The notes below the pieces were generated by a model. The model did no database searches. It was not told where the DNA came from and saw only the letters and a program-made list of their open reading frames with translations. A stretch of DNA of 27,234 nt from Planctomycetota bacterium (lineage in GTDB: Bacteria; Planctomycetota; MHYJ01; JACPRB01), in contig DATGFI010000637.1 of NCBI GenBank assembly GCA_035309205.1, forward strand, positions 1 through 27,234, in the 5' to 3' direction. Position 1 is the first letter of the stretch. The number at the start of each line of letters is the position of its first letter. This document shows, piece by piece, positions 1-7,053 of this stretch. The position numbers and the translations under genes are program-made.

Positions 1-536
1 GTCTGGAGGAGGGAGAGAAAGGCTCCCTCCAGCACTACCCCGCTCTGCTTGACAACGAAATGCTCCCAGGTGACGCGCCAGGCGATGGCGAAGGGCGAGG
101 CTCCGGCTTGGACGCCCAGCACGAGGTCGCGGTCGTGCAGCGGGAGTCGGGGGGCGGTCATCATCCACAGGGTGAGAAAGAGGACCCCGGAGAGGACGAT
201 GATGCCGGGAATGAGCGAGAGCACCAGACCGGCGAACTTGCCCAGGAGAAAATCGGAGCGCTGAATTGGTTTGGACAGCAGCGTGACGGCGGTGCGGTCC
301 TCGAGTTCCTGGGTGACGACGAGCCCGGAGGTGACCACGAGGATGACGAATCCCCAGAAGGTGATGGTCGCCAGGCCCATCTCGCGGACCATGTTGATTT
401 CCTGGTAGAACGAGAAGAGCGTGAGGAACTTCGAGCAGAAAATGGCGAGTGCAAACGTGAACAGAAGGATGTAATAGAGTGGGCGGCGGGTGATGTCGCC
501 GTAGGTCGCCCCCGCGAGGACGCGGATATTGCGCAT
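1..536 (-). CDS. ABC-2-type transporter permease (partial, runs off the left edge)
   Basis: Hand translation from ATG at 536 is open to position 1: MRNIRVLAGATYGDITRRPLYYILL...VTQELEDRTAVTLLSKPIQRSDFLLGKFAGL. It has several hydrophobic helices and the 'E..T...LLSKPI.R..FLLGKF.G' signature of ABC-2 permeases. It is missing from the ORF track, presumably because its stop lies outside the window. Confidence 0.75.
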   Translation of the reverse strand, partial: MRNIRVLAGATYGDITRRPLYYILLFTFALAIFCSKFLTLFSFYQEINMVREMGLATITFWGFVILVVTSGLVVTQELEDRTAVTLLSKPIQRSDFLLGKFAGLVLSLIPGIIVLSGVLFLTLWMMTAPRLPLHDRDLVLGVQAGASPFAIAWRVTWEHFVVKQSGVVLEGAFLSLLQ

Positions 537-578
537 GTATTATGGGTGTCCGGTCTCCCCGGGACCTCCGGGTCTCAT

Positions 579-613
579 ATTATAGCGCCAAACCCCGGCC
601 ACGGTGCTATAAT
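579..613. promoter_or_regulatory. Back-to-back sigma70-type -10 elements for the permease (-) and parB (+)
   Basis: ATTATA at 579-584 is TATAAT on the - strand. TGcTATAAT at 605-613 is an extended -10 on the + strand. Confidence 0.6.
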
Positions 614-669
614 CCTTTCGGTGCGGGTCTCCACGGCCCGCCGGGGTTTTAGAGAGAGAGGGGATTCAC

Positions 670-1524
670 ATGTCTCAATTCAAACGTCTCGGTATGGGTC
701 TTGGCGCGCTCATCGGCGGAGAGTCCGAGCCCGCCGGTGCAACCGCCGTCAAAGTCGCGCCCGATTCCGTCTCCACCATGGAGATCAACACGATCCGGCC
801 CAACCCCTATCAACCGCGCACCGAATTCGATCCGAAAGAGATTGAATCTCTATCCGAGTCTTTGAAGAAAGACGGGCTCCTCCAGCCGGTCGTGGTACGG
901 CCCGCGGGCGCCGGATTCTATCAGCTCGTCGCCGGCGAGCGACGCTGGCGGGCCGCGAAACTTGCGGGTCTCGCGCGCATTCCCGTTGTCGTCCGCCAAG
1001 TCGACGATAAGAAGATGCTGGAACTCGCACTCGTTGAAAACATCCAGCGCCGCGACCTGAACCCGATGGAGAAGGCGCGTGCGTTCAAGCAGCTCATGAC
1101 CCTCAATTCCTGGACGCAGGACCAGACCGCCGATGCGCTTGGCATGTCCCGGCCGAGCGTCGCCAACTTCATCCGGCTCCTCGACCTGCAGCTCGAAGTC
1201 CAGGAAGCGGTGTCCCGCGGAGCGATCACAATGGGTCACGCGCGCGCTCTGGCTGGCGCGAGCCAGCGTGCGAACCAGCTCCACCTTCTCAAGCAGATCT
1301 TGCAGGACGACCTCTCAGTCCGCGCGCTGGAGAAATTGATCGGGCCAAAATCCGGAAGCTCGTCGAAGTCGACGAAAAAGGCCGAGCCTTACCTGAAGGA
1401 GTTCGAGCAGAAACTGATGGACAAGCTCGGCGTGCGTGTCCAGATCCAGCCTGACTCGATCGTCATCAGCTACGCATCGAAGGAGGAGCTCACGCGCGTG
1501 CTCAAGCGCCTCGACGTCATCTGA
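670..1524 (+). CDS. parB: Chromosome partitioning protein ParB (Spo0J family)
   Basis: N-terminal ParA-binding peptide KRLGMGLGALIG, IRPNPYQPR, CTP-binding AGERRWRAA, ALVENIQRRDLNPMEKA, HTH GMSRPSVANFIRLL and MGHARAL. Cognate parS sites lie downstream. Confidence 0.96.
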   Translation: MSQFKRLGMGLGALIGGESEPAGATAVKVAPDSVSTMEINTIRPNPYQPRTEFDPKEIESLSESLKKDGLLQPVVVRPAGAGFYQLVAGERRWRAAKLAGLARIPVVVRQVDDKKMLELALVENIQRRDLNPMEKARAFKQLMTLNSWTQDQTADALGMSRPSVANFIRLLDLQLEVQEAVSRGAITMGHARALAGASQRANQLHLLKQILQDDLSVRALEKLIGPKSGSSSKSTKKAEPYLKEFEQKLMDKLGVRVQIQPDSIVISYASKEELTRVLKRLDVI

Positions 1525-1545
1525 GGATCCGGGCCAGAACTTTCT

Positions 1546-1585
1546 ACCGTCCGGCGGATCGATTCCGCCGGACGGTTTTTTGTTT
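1546..1585 (+). terminator. Rho-independent terminator of parB
   Basis: 13-bp perfect stem ACCGTCCGGCGGA / TCCGCCGGACGGT with loop TCGAT, followed by TTTTTGTTT, 21 nt after the parB stop. Confidence 0.88.
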
Positions 1586-2265
1586 CTGGTCGAGCTTGTG
1601 AGCATCGTTGCGGCGGCCGTCTGATCAAGAACCTGGATGCTTCCGAGGCTTCCGGCTCAAGGATGTTTCAAGTCGTGTGATCAGCAACGATGCCCAGCGA
1701 TCCTACCGCGATCTCCTGGCGCGTCGATTCCGGGTTCTGGTGAAGATGCCGGTGCTCGGAGCCGGGGCCCTCGGGTTCATTCGGGTGGCTGGGCCGTACC
1801 AGTGTCGACGCGGTGCTGTCGGGTCACTCGGCGATGGGCCGTCGCAGGATCGAACGGACCGCGGCGACGCTCGTGGTGACTTCGATGCGCAGTCCGACGC
1901 GGTGAGGCTCCGGGCAGATCGCGAGGATCTTCAGACTTGCAGTCCTCCACGGTCCGCGGGTTCGGCGATCTTGGAGGGCTGCGTCGGTCCAGAGTCGGTT
2001 CGAGAGCGAGGGATGACGAGGCCCCTCCAAATCCCAGAATCAAGAAAGTCTCCGACCCTGATCGCGAACAGAAGGTGAGGGGTCTGAATGGCCATCTCCG
2101 CTTCGACAGATCCGACTCTGGGGTTCAGCCTCGAGTCTCCTTTCCCGAAGTTCGATTCTCTGGAACTTCCCCGCCGATCGGTCGATCGCGGCACCGGGCA
2201 CCGGCTTCTCGCCGTCGAATCCCGGCTTGGGGATTTCGATGATTGCGGTCCCTGGGATCGCGGGT

Positions 2266-2281
2266 TGTTCCACGTGGAACA
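2266..2281. promoter_or_regulatory. parS site (isolated, perfect)
   Basis: TGTTCCACGTGGAACA, the canonical chromosomal parS palindrome; it extends to 18 bp with T/A flanks (2265-2282). Confidence 0.92.
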
Positions 2282-2283
2282 AT

Positions 2284-2685
2284 TCATTGGGAGGGCTGTG
2301 AAGGATGCCCGGCCGCCCTGAGCCAGGTCTCCGCTTCCGCGGCCGTACGGAAGACTCGCGTTTCCCAACCGGGGATTCCGACCAGCATCTCCCACATTCG
2401 CGACAACCCGAACAACTCATCCTTCGGGGCGACGATCGCGATGGCTGTCCGGGGAATCAGGCGCATCAGGCGCTTGTCGACTTCGCTCAGGCGGCGTACG
2501 TCGTCGGCGCTCACTTCTACCTTCGTCACCTGGTCGAAGAGCACGAGGGTGAGTCGGACGTCGCGTATATCGTTACCGCATTTCACGAGCTTCCGGGTGG
2601 CGTCGATGATTTCGGGCGCGGTCAGAACTCCGCTGCCGGTGAAGACGAGGAGACTGCCTTCGTTTCGCAGTTCGGTGGTATACAC
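2284..2685 (-). CDS. STAS/SEC14 (SpoIIAA-like) domain protein, 133 aa
   Basis: GTG start at 2685 preceded by GGAGG. Sequence ...TGSGVLTAPEII...LVLFDQVTKVEVSADDVRRL...RTAIAIVAPKDELFGLSRMWEML...TRVFRTAAEAETWL matches the 'A.V....FGL.RM......VF....EA..WL' SpoIIAA-like pattern. Confidence 0.68.
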   Translation of the reverse strand: MYTTELRNEGSLLVFTGSGVLTAPEIIDATRKLVKCGNDIRDVRLTLVLFDQVTKVEVSADDVRRLSEVDKRLMRLIPRTAIAIVAPKDELFGLSRMWEMLVGIPGWETRVFRTAAEAETWLRAAGHPSQPSQ

Positions 2686-3261
2686 CCTGATCCTCCCGCT
2701 CCCCGGTCGCCGGGAATCAGGATACCTACCTCGGGTACCCGCTTCAACAACGGCGACGGATCGACGGAGCTGTCGTCCCACCTCTCAGGACGAAGAGGCT
2801 CCATGCACTGGAACACTCTTCGCGGCAGATCACCTTGGTAATGCCGCACCGATCTTGGAATCGATGCATTGCTGCGGATGGGAGAACAACAGCCAGGGAT
2901 TGCATTTCCTTCTCAGTCGAACGGGGTTTTCCTGTTAGGCGAACCTGCCCTTCTCACGATCTCGTCACATCCAGTTGGGAACGAGCCCTGCGATGCAACC
3001 TTCGCAGAGATTGACGATTTCATGTGTCCACTGAAGAAGTCGGGACGCAGTCCCGATCTTCGTTCCTGGGCTCCGATTGATGCACCCTTTCCAACCGATT
3101 CCGCCCCACCGGCCCGATCTCGGGGATTTCGATCGACTTCTTAGAACTCTCCGGCTCGATGCTGCGATCGGCTGACATCGGCATTCAGGATCGGAAGGGG
3201 AAGGAGGCTTGGCAGTCGCTGAACCGCGGAGCTTCCGAAGGAGAGGGGGTTGGAGGCGGGA

Positions 3262-3277
3262 TGTTCTCTGTGGAACA
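3262..3277. promoter_or_regulatory. parS-like site, 3 mismatches
   Basis: TGTTCTCTGTGGAACA. Confidence 0.5.
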
Positions 3278-3354
3278 GCGGGCGGGATGGAAGCGGACAA
3301 GAACAACTCGCTGAGCCGGGGAACTCCAGAAGAAGTGGCGGTGGGGGGGCGGAA

Positions 3355-3370
3355 TGTTCCACGTGGAACA
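3355..3370. promoter_or_regulatory. parS site, perfect
   Basis: TGTTCCACGTGGAACA. Confidence 0.92.
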
Positions 3371-3446
3371 TCGAGCGGGATGGAAGCGGGCAAGGACAGC
3401 TCGCTGAGCCGGGGAACTCCCGAAGAAGTGGCGGTGGGGGGCGGGA

Positions 3447-3462
3447 TGTTCCACGTGGAACA
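3447..3462. promoter_or_regulatory. parS site, perfect
   Basis: TGTTCCACGTGGAACA within the 20-bp palindrome GATGTTCCACGTGGAACATC (3445-3464). Confidence 0.92.
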
Positions 3463-3542
3463 TCGAGCAGGATGGAAGCGGGCAAGGACAACTTGCTTGC
3501 TGAGCCAGGGGGCTCCCGAAGGCGAGGAGGTTGGGGGCGGAA

Positions 3543-3558
3543 TGTTCCCTGTGGAACA
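3543..3558. promoter_or_regulatory. parS-like site, 2 mismatches
   Basis: TGTTCCCTGTGGAACA. Confidence 0.6.
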
Positions 3559-3633
3559 TCGGCCGGGTGGGGCGAGTTACGAACAACTCGCTAAGCCGGA
3601 GAGCTCCCGAAGGAGACCGGGTTGGGGACGGGA

Positions 3634-3649
3634 TGTTCCACGTGGAACA
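3634..3649. promoter_or_regulatory. parS site, perfect
   Basis: TGTTCCACGTGGAACA within the 20-bp palindrome at 3632-3651. Confidence 0.92.
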
Positions 3650-3725
3650 TCGAGCGGGATGGAAACGGGCAAGGACAGCTCGCTGAGCCAGGGGGCTCCC
3701 GAAGGAGACCGGGTTGGGGGCGGGA

Positions 3726-3741
3726 TGTTCCCCGTGGAACA
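3726..3741. promoter_or_regulatory. parS-like site, 1 mismatch
   Basis: TGTTCCCCGTGGAACA. Confidence 0.75.
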
Positions 3742-3817
3742 TCGGGCGGGGTGGGGCGAGTTACGAACAACTCGCTAAGCCGGGGAGCTCCCGAAGGAGA
3801 CCGTGTTGGGGACGGGA

Positions 3818-3833
3818 GGTTCCACGTGGAATA
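3818..3833. promoter_or_regulatory. parS-like site, 2 mismatches at outer positions
   Basis: GGTTCCACGTGGAATA. Confidence 0.72.
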
Positions 3834-3850
3834 ACAGACTGCGGGGACTC

Positions 3851-4291
3851 TTATTTTTTCTTCGCGCCGGGGACCTGCTTGATGCGGACCGCCGTGTCGC
3901 GGAAGATCTTGGGATGGGAGGAGCTCTTATCGGGCTCGGGCTGCTTGCCGCCTTTCCACGGGCTCGACAGGAAGTAGTCGAACGGGAAGATCTCGTGACT
4001 GTACTTCCCAAGCGCGCGCATGAACCCGTTGGCGTGGATGTTCAGCCAGCCAAAATTGGTCTTGATGTAGATATCGACGTCGTCGCCTCCCTGAGGAAAC
4101 GACTTCACGACCAAACCCAGATGTTCGGATCCGTCGGCGATTCGGACCACGGCGGAGATGAGTCCCACGTCCTCGCCCGCGAAGCCGACCGATTCTTTGA
4201 CGTTGGGATTCGGTTCGCCGTCCTGGCCGGGCTCGATGATCCAGACCTTTCCGGCCAGCACATCCTCGGCGGTAATCTCGTTCAGCTTCAT
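3851..4291 (-). CDS. Hypothetical protein (146 aa)
   Basis: ATG at 4291 overlaps the region just past the nth stop. Globular-looking composition (MKLNEITAEDVLAGKVWIIEP...) and GC3-biased codons; no family recognised. Confidence 0.68.
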   Translation of the reverse strand: MKLNEITAEDVLAGKVWIIEPGQDGEPNPNVKESVGFAGEDVGLISAVVRIADGSEHLGLVVKSFPQGGDDVDIYIKTNFGWLNIHANGFMRALGKYSHEIFPFDYFLSSPWKGGKQPEPDKSSSHPKIFRDTAVRIKQVPGAKKK

Positions 4292-4304
4292 AGGTTCCCC
4301 GACG

Positions 4305-4958
4305 TTACGCAATCTTTCCCGCCGACGGACACTCCCCGGCGATCGGGCACTCTCCGCACTTCGGCTTCCGCGCGGCACAAATTCGGCGGCCGTGCCAGAT
4401 CAGCCGATGGGAGAATGTGATCCACTCCTCCATCGGCAGAAGCTTCATCAGGTCTTGCTCAATTTTCTTCGGATCGTCCTCGCGCGTCAACTGAAGTCTG
4501 CGGGAGATCCGATGGACGTGAGTATCGACCACGACTCCCGAAGCTTTGTGGAACCAGGTCCCGAGGACGACGTTCGCTGTCTTTCGCGCGACGCCCGGCA
4601 GCTCCAGGAGCTCCTCCATGGTTGACGGCACTTGCCCGTCGTGCTTCTCGACGATCATCTTCGCCGCACCCTGGATGCTCTTTGCCTTGTTGCGATAGAA
4701 GCCCGTGGATCGGATGTCCTCCTCGAGGGCCTTGATATCGGCTTCGGCGAAATCCCTCGCGGTCCGGTACTTCTTGAAAAGCGCCGCCGTCACAATGTTC
4801 ACCCGGTGATCAGTGCACTGCGCGGAAAGGATCGTCGCCACGAGCAGCTCCAGCGCGCTGCGATGGACGAGCGCGCACGTTGCGTCGCCGTAAACGCGGG
4901 CGAGCGTGCGGAGGATCTTCGTGAGCCTCTCAGGCGTTGAGGATTTCGAGGACTTCAT
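4305..4958 (-). CDS. nth: Endonuclease III
   Basis: LLVATILSAQCTD, HhH LPGVARKTANVVL, VVDTHVHR and the 4Fe-4S motif CAARKPKCGECPIAGEC. Start placed at the ATG at 4958, which overlaps the polX end. Confidence 0.96.
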   Translation of the reverse strand: MKSSKSSTPERLTKILRTLARVYGDATCALVHRSALELLVATILSAQCTDHRVNIVTAALFKKYRTARDFAEADIKALEEDIRSTGFYRNKAKSIQGAAKMIVEKHDGQVPSTMEELLELPGVARKTANVVLGTWFHKASGVVVDTHVHRISRRLQLTREDDPKKIEQDLMKLLPMEEWITFSHRLIWHGRRICAARKPKCGECPIAGECPSAGKIA

Positions 4959-6630
4959 CCAGCTCCCGGGTGTTGAGCACATCCATCTTTTCCAGCCAGG
5001 CCCGCCGTGCGGTCGCGATGCCGTACTCAATGTTCTCCAGGTCAGCAGTCGAATGCGCGTCCGGGTTGATTGCGAGCATCACGCCGAGCTCCTTCGCCCG
5101 GCGGCAATGAACCCAGTCCAGATCAAGACGATTGGGATAGGCATTTAGCTCCACGATCTTGGAGTGTTTTTGCGCCGTTTCAAGAACGCGGCCGAGATCG
5201 AGTTTGTAGCCGTCGCGGCTCAGCAGCAGGCGGCCCGTGGGATGGCCGAGGATGTCGAAGTGCTCGTTCGCGATGGCCTTGCATACGCGGTCGGTCATCT
5301 CCTTTTCGGACATCTCAAATCGGGAGTGTACAGAACCAATCACGAAGTCCAGCCGGCCCAGGATCTCCGGATTCAGGTCGAGAGATCCGTCCGGGAGGAT
5401 GTCGCATTCCAACCCCTTCAGAATTCGGAAGTCATTCCAATTCCGATTGAGCCGGTCGATTTCCATCATTTGCTTGGCGAGGCGATCCTCATCCAATCCA
5501 TTGGCATAGGCCGCGGCCTTGCTGTGATCTGAGAGGCCCATATAGCTCAGGCCCATGGAACGGGCTTTCTCTGCCATGGCGTCGATTTCGGCGCTGCCGT
5601 CACTCCATGTGGAATGAGTGTGGAAGACTCCTCTAAGGGATTTGAAGTCAATAAGTTGCGTTGGAAGCTGACGTTCGATTTCCCCGGTGTTTTCCCTCAA
5701 CTCGGGGGGGACATAGGGCAGGCCCAGCGCCTTGTAGAGCCCCGCCTCGTCGGGAAGTTCAATATTATTGGCTCCCTCCATGAGGCCGTATTCATTGATC
5801 TTCAGGCCCTTTTTCTGGGCGAGCTGGCGCAGGCTGACGTTGTGCTCTTTGCTGCCGGTAAAGTAAGCCAGGGCGGCAGGGAACTGGGCGTCCGTGACGA
5901 CGCGAAGATCGACCTGCATCCCCGACGTCATCCGCACGCTGGTCTTGGTATCGCCCTTCCCGAGGACCTCGGCGACTCCGTCGGCCTTGAGGAAGTGTTC
6001 CATCACGGCGGCGGCATGGTCGGAGCTGGCCAGGAGGTCAACATCCCTCACGACCTCCTTCCAGCGGCGCAGGCTCCCGGCAATGCTTACCCGCCGAACG
6101 GTCTCATGGGCCCTCAGATGCTCGACCAGGCGCCGCGCAACGGGGAGGGCGTCGCTGAGGAGATACTGTCCCGCGTTCTTCTGCAGAAACTGGATGCCCT
6201 CGAGGATCTTCTTCTCGGTCTTTTCCCCGAACCCTTTCAGGGAAGCGAGCCGGTGCTCCGCCGCTGCCTGCCGAAGCCCCTCGATGCTGCTGATGCCCAG
6301 ATCCTTCCAGACGACGCGGGCCTTCTTTGGCCCGAAGTTGGGAATCGCGAGCATCTCGAGTACGCCGGGCGGCACGTCCTTGCGGAGGTCCTCATAGTAG
6401 TCCATCTTCCCGGTGGTAACGAGCTGGCTGATCTTCTCCTCCAGCGCCTTTCCGATGCCCTTGACCTCGCCGAGCTTCTTCTGCTCGATAAGGGTTCGCA
6501 GATCGCCGGGGAGGCTCTCGAGGGCGCGGGCGCCATTTTGGTAGGCGCGGACTTTGAAGGGGTTTTCGTCCTGGATCTCGAGAATGCGCGCGATCGTCTC
6601 CAGGATCTCGACGACCTGCGGGGTATTCAT
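4930..6630 (-). CDS. polX: DNA polymerase X / PHP 3'-5' exonuclease
   Basis: ENPFKVRAY, HhH GIGKAL, AGSLRRWKEVVRDVDLL (catalytic DxD), YFTGSKEHN, and PHP motifs HTHSTWSDG, SDHS, HPTGR and DAH. Confidence 0.95.
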   Translation of the reverse strand: MNTPQVVEILETIARILEIQDENPFKVRAYQNGARALESLPGDLRTLIEQKKLGEVKGIGKALEEKISQLVTTGKMDYYEDLRKDVPPGVLEMLAIPNFGPKKARVVWKDLGISSIEGLRQAAAEHRLASLKGFGEKTEKKILEGIQFLQKNAGQYLLSDALPVARRLVEHLRAHETVRRVSIAGSLRRWKEVVRDVDLLASSDHAAAVMEHFLKADGVAEVLGKGDTKTSVRMTSGMQVDLRVVTDAQFPAALAYFTGSKEHNVSLRQLAQKKGLKINEYGLMEGANNIELPDEAGLYKALGLPYVPPELRENTGEIERQLPTQLIDFKSLRGVFHTHSTWSDGSAEIDAMAEKARSMGLSYMGLSDHSKAAAYANGLDEDRLAKQMMEIDRLNRNWNDFRILKGLECDILPDGSLDLNPEILGRLDFVIGSVHSRFEMSEKEMTDRVCKAIANEHFDILGHPTGRLLLSRDGYKLDLGRVLETAQKHSKIVELNAYPNRLDLDWVHCRRAKELGVMLAINPDAHSTADLENIEYGIATARRAWLEKMDVLNTRELDEVLEILNA

Positions 6631-6636
6631 GGGCGC

Positions 6637-7053
6637 CTAGTCGCGATAGATCTCGTGGCAGACATCGCACTTCGCCTGCAATCGCTCGAGGAGATACTCG
6701 CGCTTCTCCTTGCCCTCCCAGGGAACGCCTTCAAAGTCCTGCTTGACCTTGAGGTCGAAGACGTCGAAGAGGCCCTGAAGTTTCTCCTCCTCGTCTTCGT
6801 CCCTGCGGTACTGGAGTGCCTTGGCCTTGACCATGGTCTCGCGGATTACCGCGAGCTTCTTCTTGATGTCGGCCTCGGGCTTCTCCTTCTCGATATCCTC
6901 CTTGATGCCCTTGAACGTCTTGCCGTTCTCCTTCATGAGGCCGGTGAATTTCTTGGTGAGTTCGGGGGTCTTGCCGCGGTCCTTCTTGTCCTGGGAGGAG
7001 ACGGGATCGGAGAGGAGGGCGAGAAAACAGATCCCGCTCAGGAGTTTGTTCAC
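6637..7053 (-). CDS. Secreted class II c-type cytochrome (cytochrome c'/c556-like)
   Basis: Signal-peptide-like N-terminus, all-helical charged body, and a single CxxCH (CDVCH) at the extreme C-terminus as in four-helix-bundle cytochromes c'. Confidence 0.7.
   Translation of the reverse strand: MNKLLSGICFLALLSDPVSSQDKKDRGKTPELTKKFTGLMKENGKTFKGIKEDIEKEKPEADIKKKLAVIRETMVKAKALQYRRDEDEEEKLQGLFDVFDLKVKQDFEGVPWEGKEKREYLLERLQAKCDVCHEIYRD

Larger units (their letters stand above)
3180..3833. repeat. Tandem repeat of ~92-bp units, each containing one parS palindrome (7 units plus a decayed left end)
   Basis: parS cores start at 3262, 3355, 3447, 3543, 3634, 3726 and 3818 (spacings 93, 92, 96, 91, 92, 92). 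The sequence between cores is itself repeated, e.g. CTCGCTGAGCC.GGG..CTCCCGAAG...GGTTGGGG.CGGG. Confidence 0.92.

Noticed and set aside
1824-2030. Small - strand ORF (...KILAICPEPHRVGLRIEV...) and the overlapping + strand ORF 1608-2078
   Set aside because: There is no clear RBS, start or recognisable motif, and the region is better explained by inverted repeats. A small protein cannot be fully excluded.
2042-2230. RNase P RNA (AAGAAAGTC at 2042, AACAGAA at ~2068, AATCCCGGCTT at ~2218)
   Set aside because: The fragments are in the wrong spacing and context. The conserved GAGGAAAGUCCGGG needed to form helix P4 with CCCGGCU is absent.
2826-2886. FMN riboswitch (GCAGATC ... GGATGGGAGAA)
   Set aside because: Only the terminal motif resembles it. 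The core AGGGUGAAAUUCCC/ACCGGCGGU elements are missing, and no flavin gene lies downstream.
3269-3558. DnaA boxes (TGTGGAACA inside the degenerate parS copies at 3269 and 3550)
   Set aside because: These one-mismatch matches arise automatically from parS half-sites. I found no perfect TTATCCACA cluster or AT-rich unwinding element, so oriC itself is not called.
3180-3833. CRISPR array (regularly spaced palindromic repeats)
   Set aside because: The inter-repeat sequences are ~76-nt near-copies of one another rather than unique spacers, the repeated palindrome is the canonical parS, and no cas genes are present in the window.
2965-3977. Several ORFs with repeated peptides (CSTWNI, DVPRGT, MFHVEH) over the array
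   Set aside because: They are translations of the parS palindrome in different frames. The 91-96 bp period shifts frame between units, and there is no consistent codon bias or RBS.
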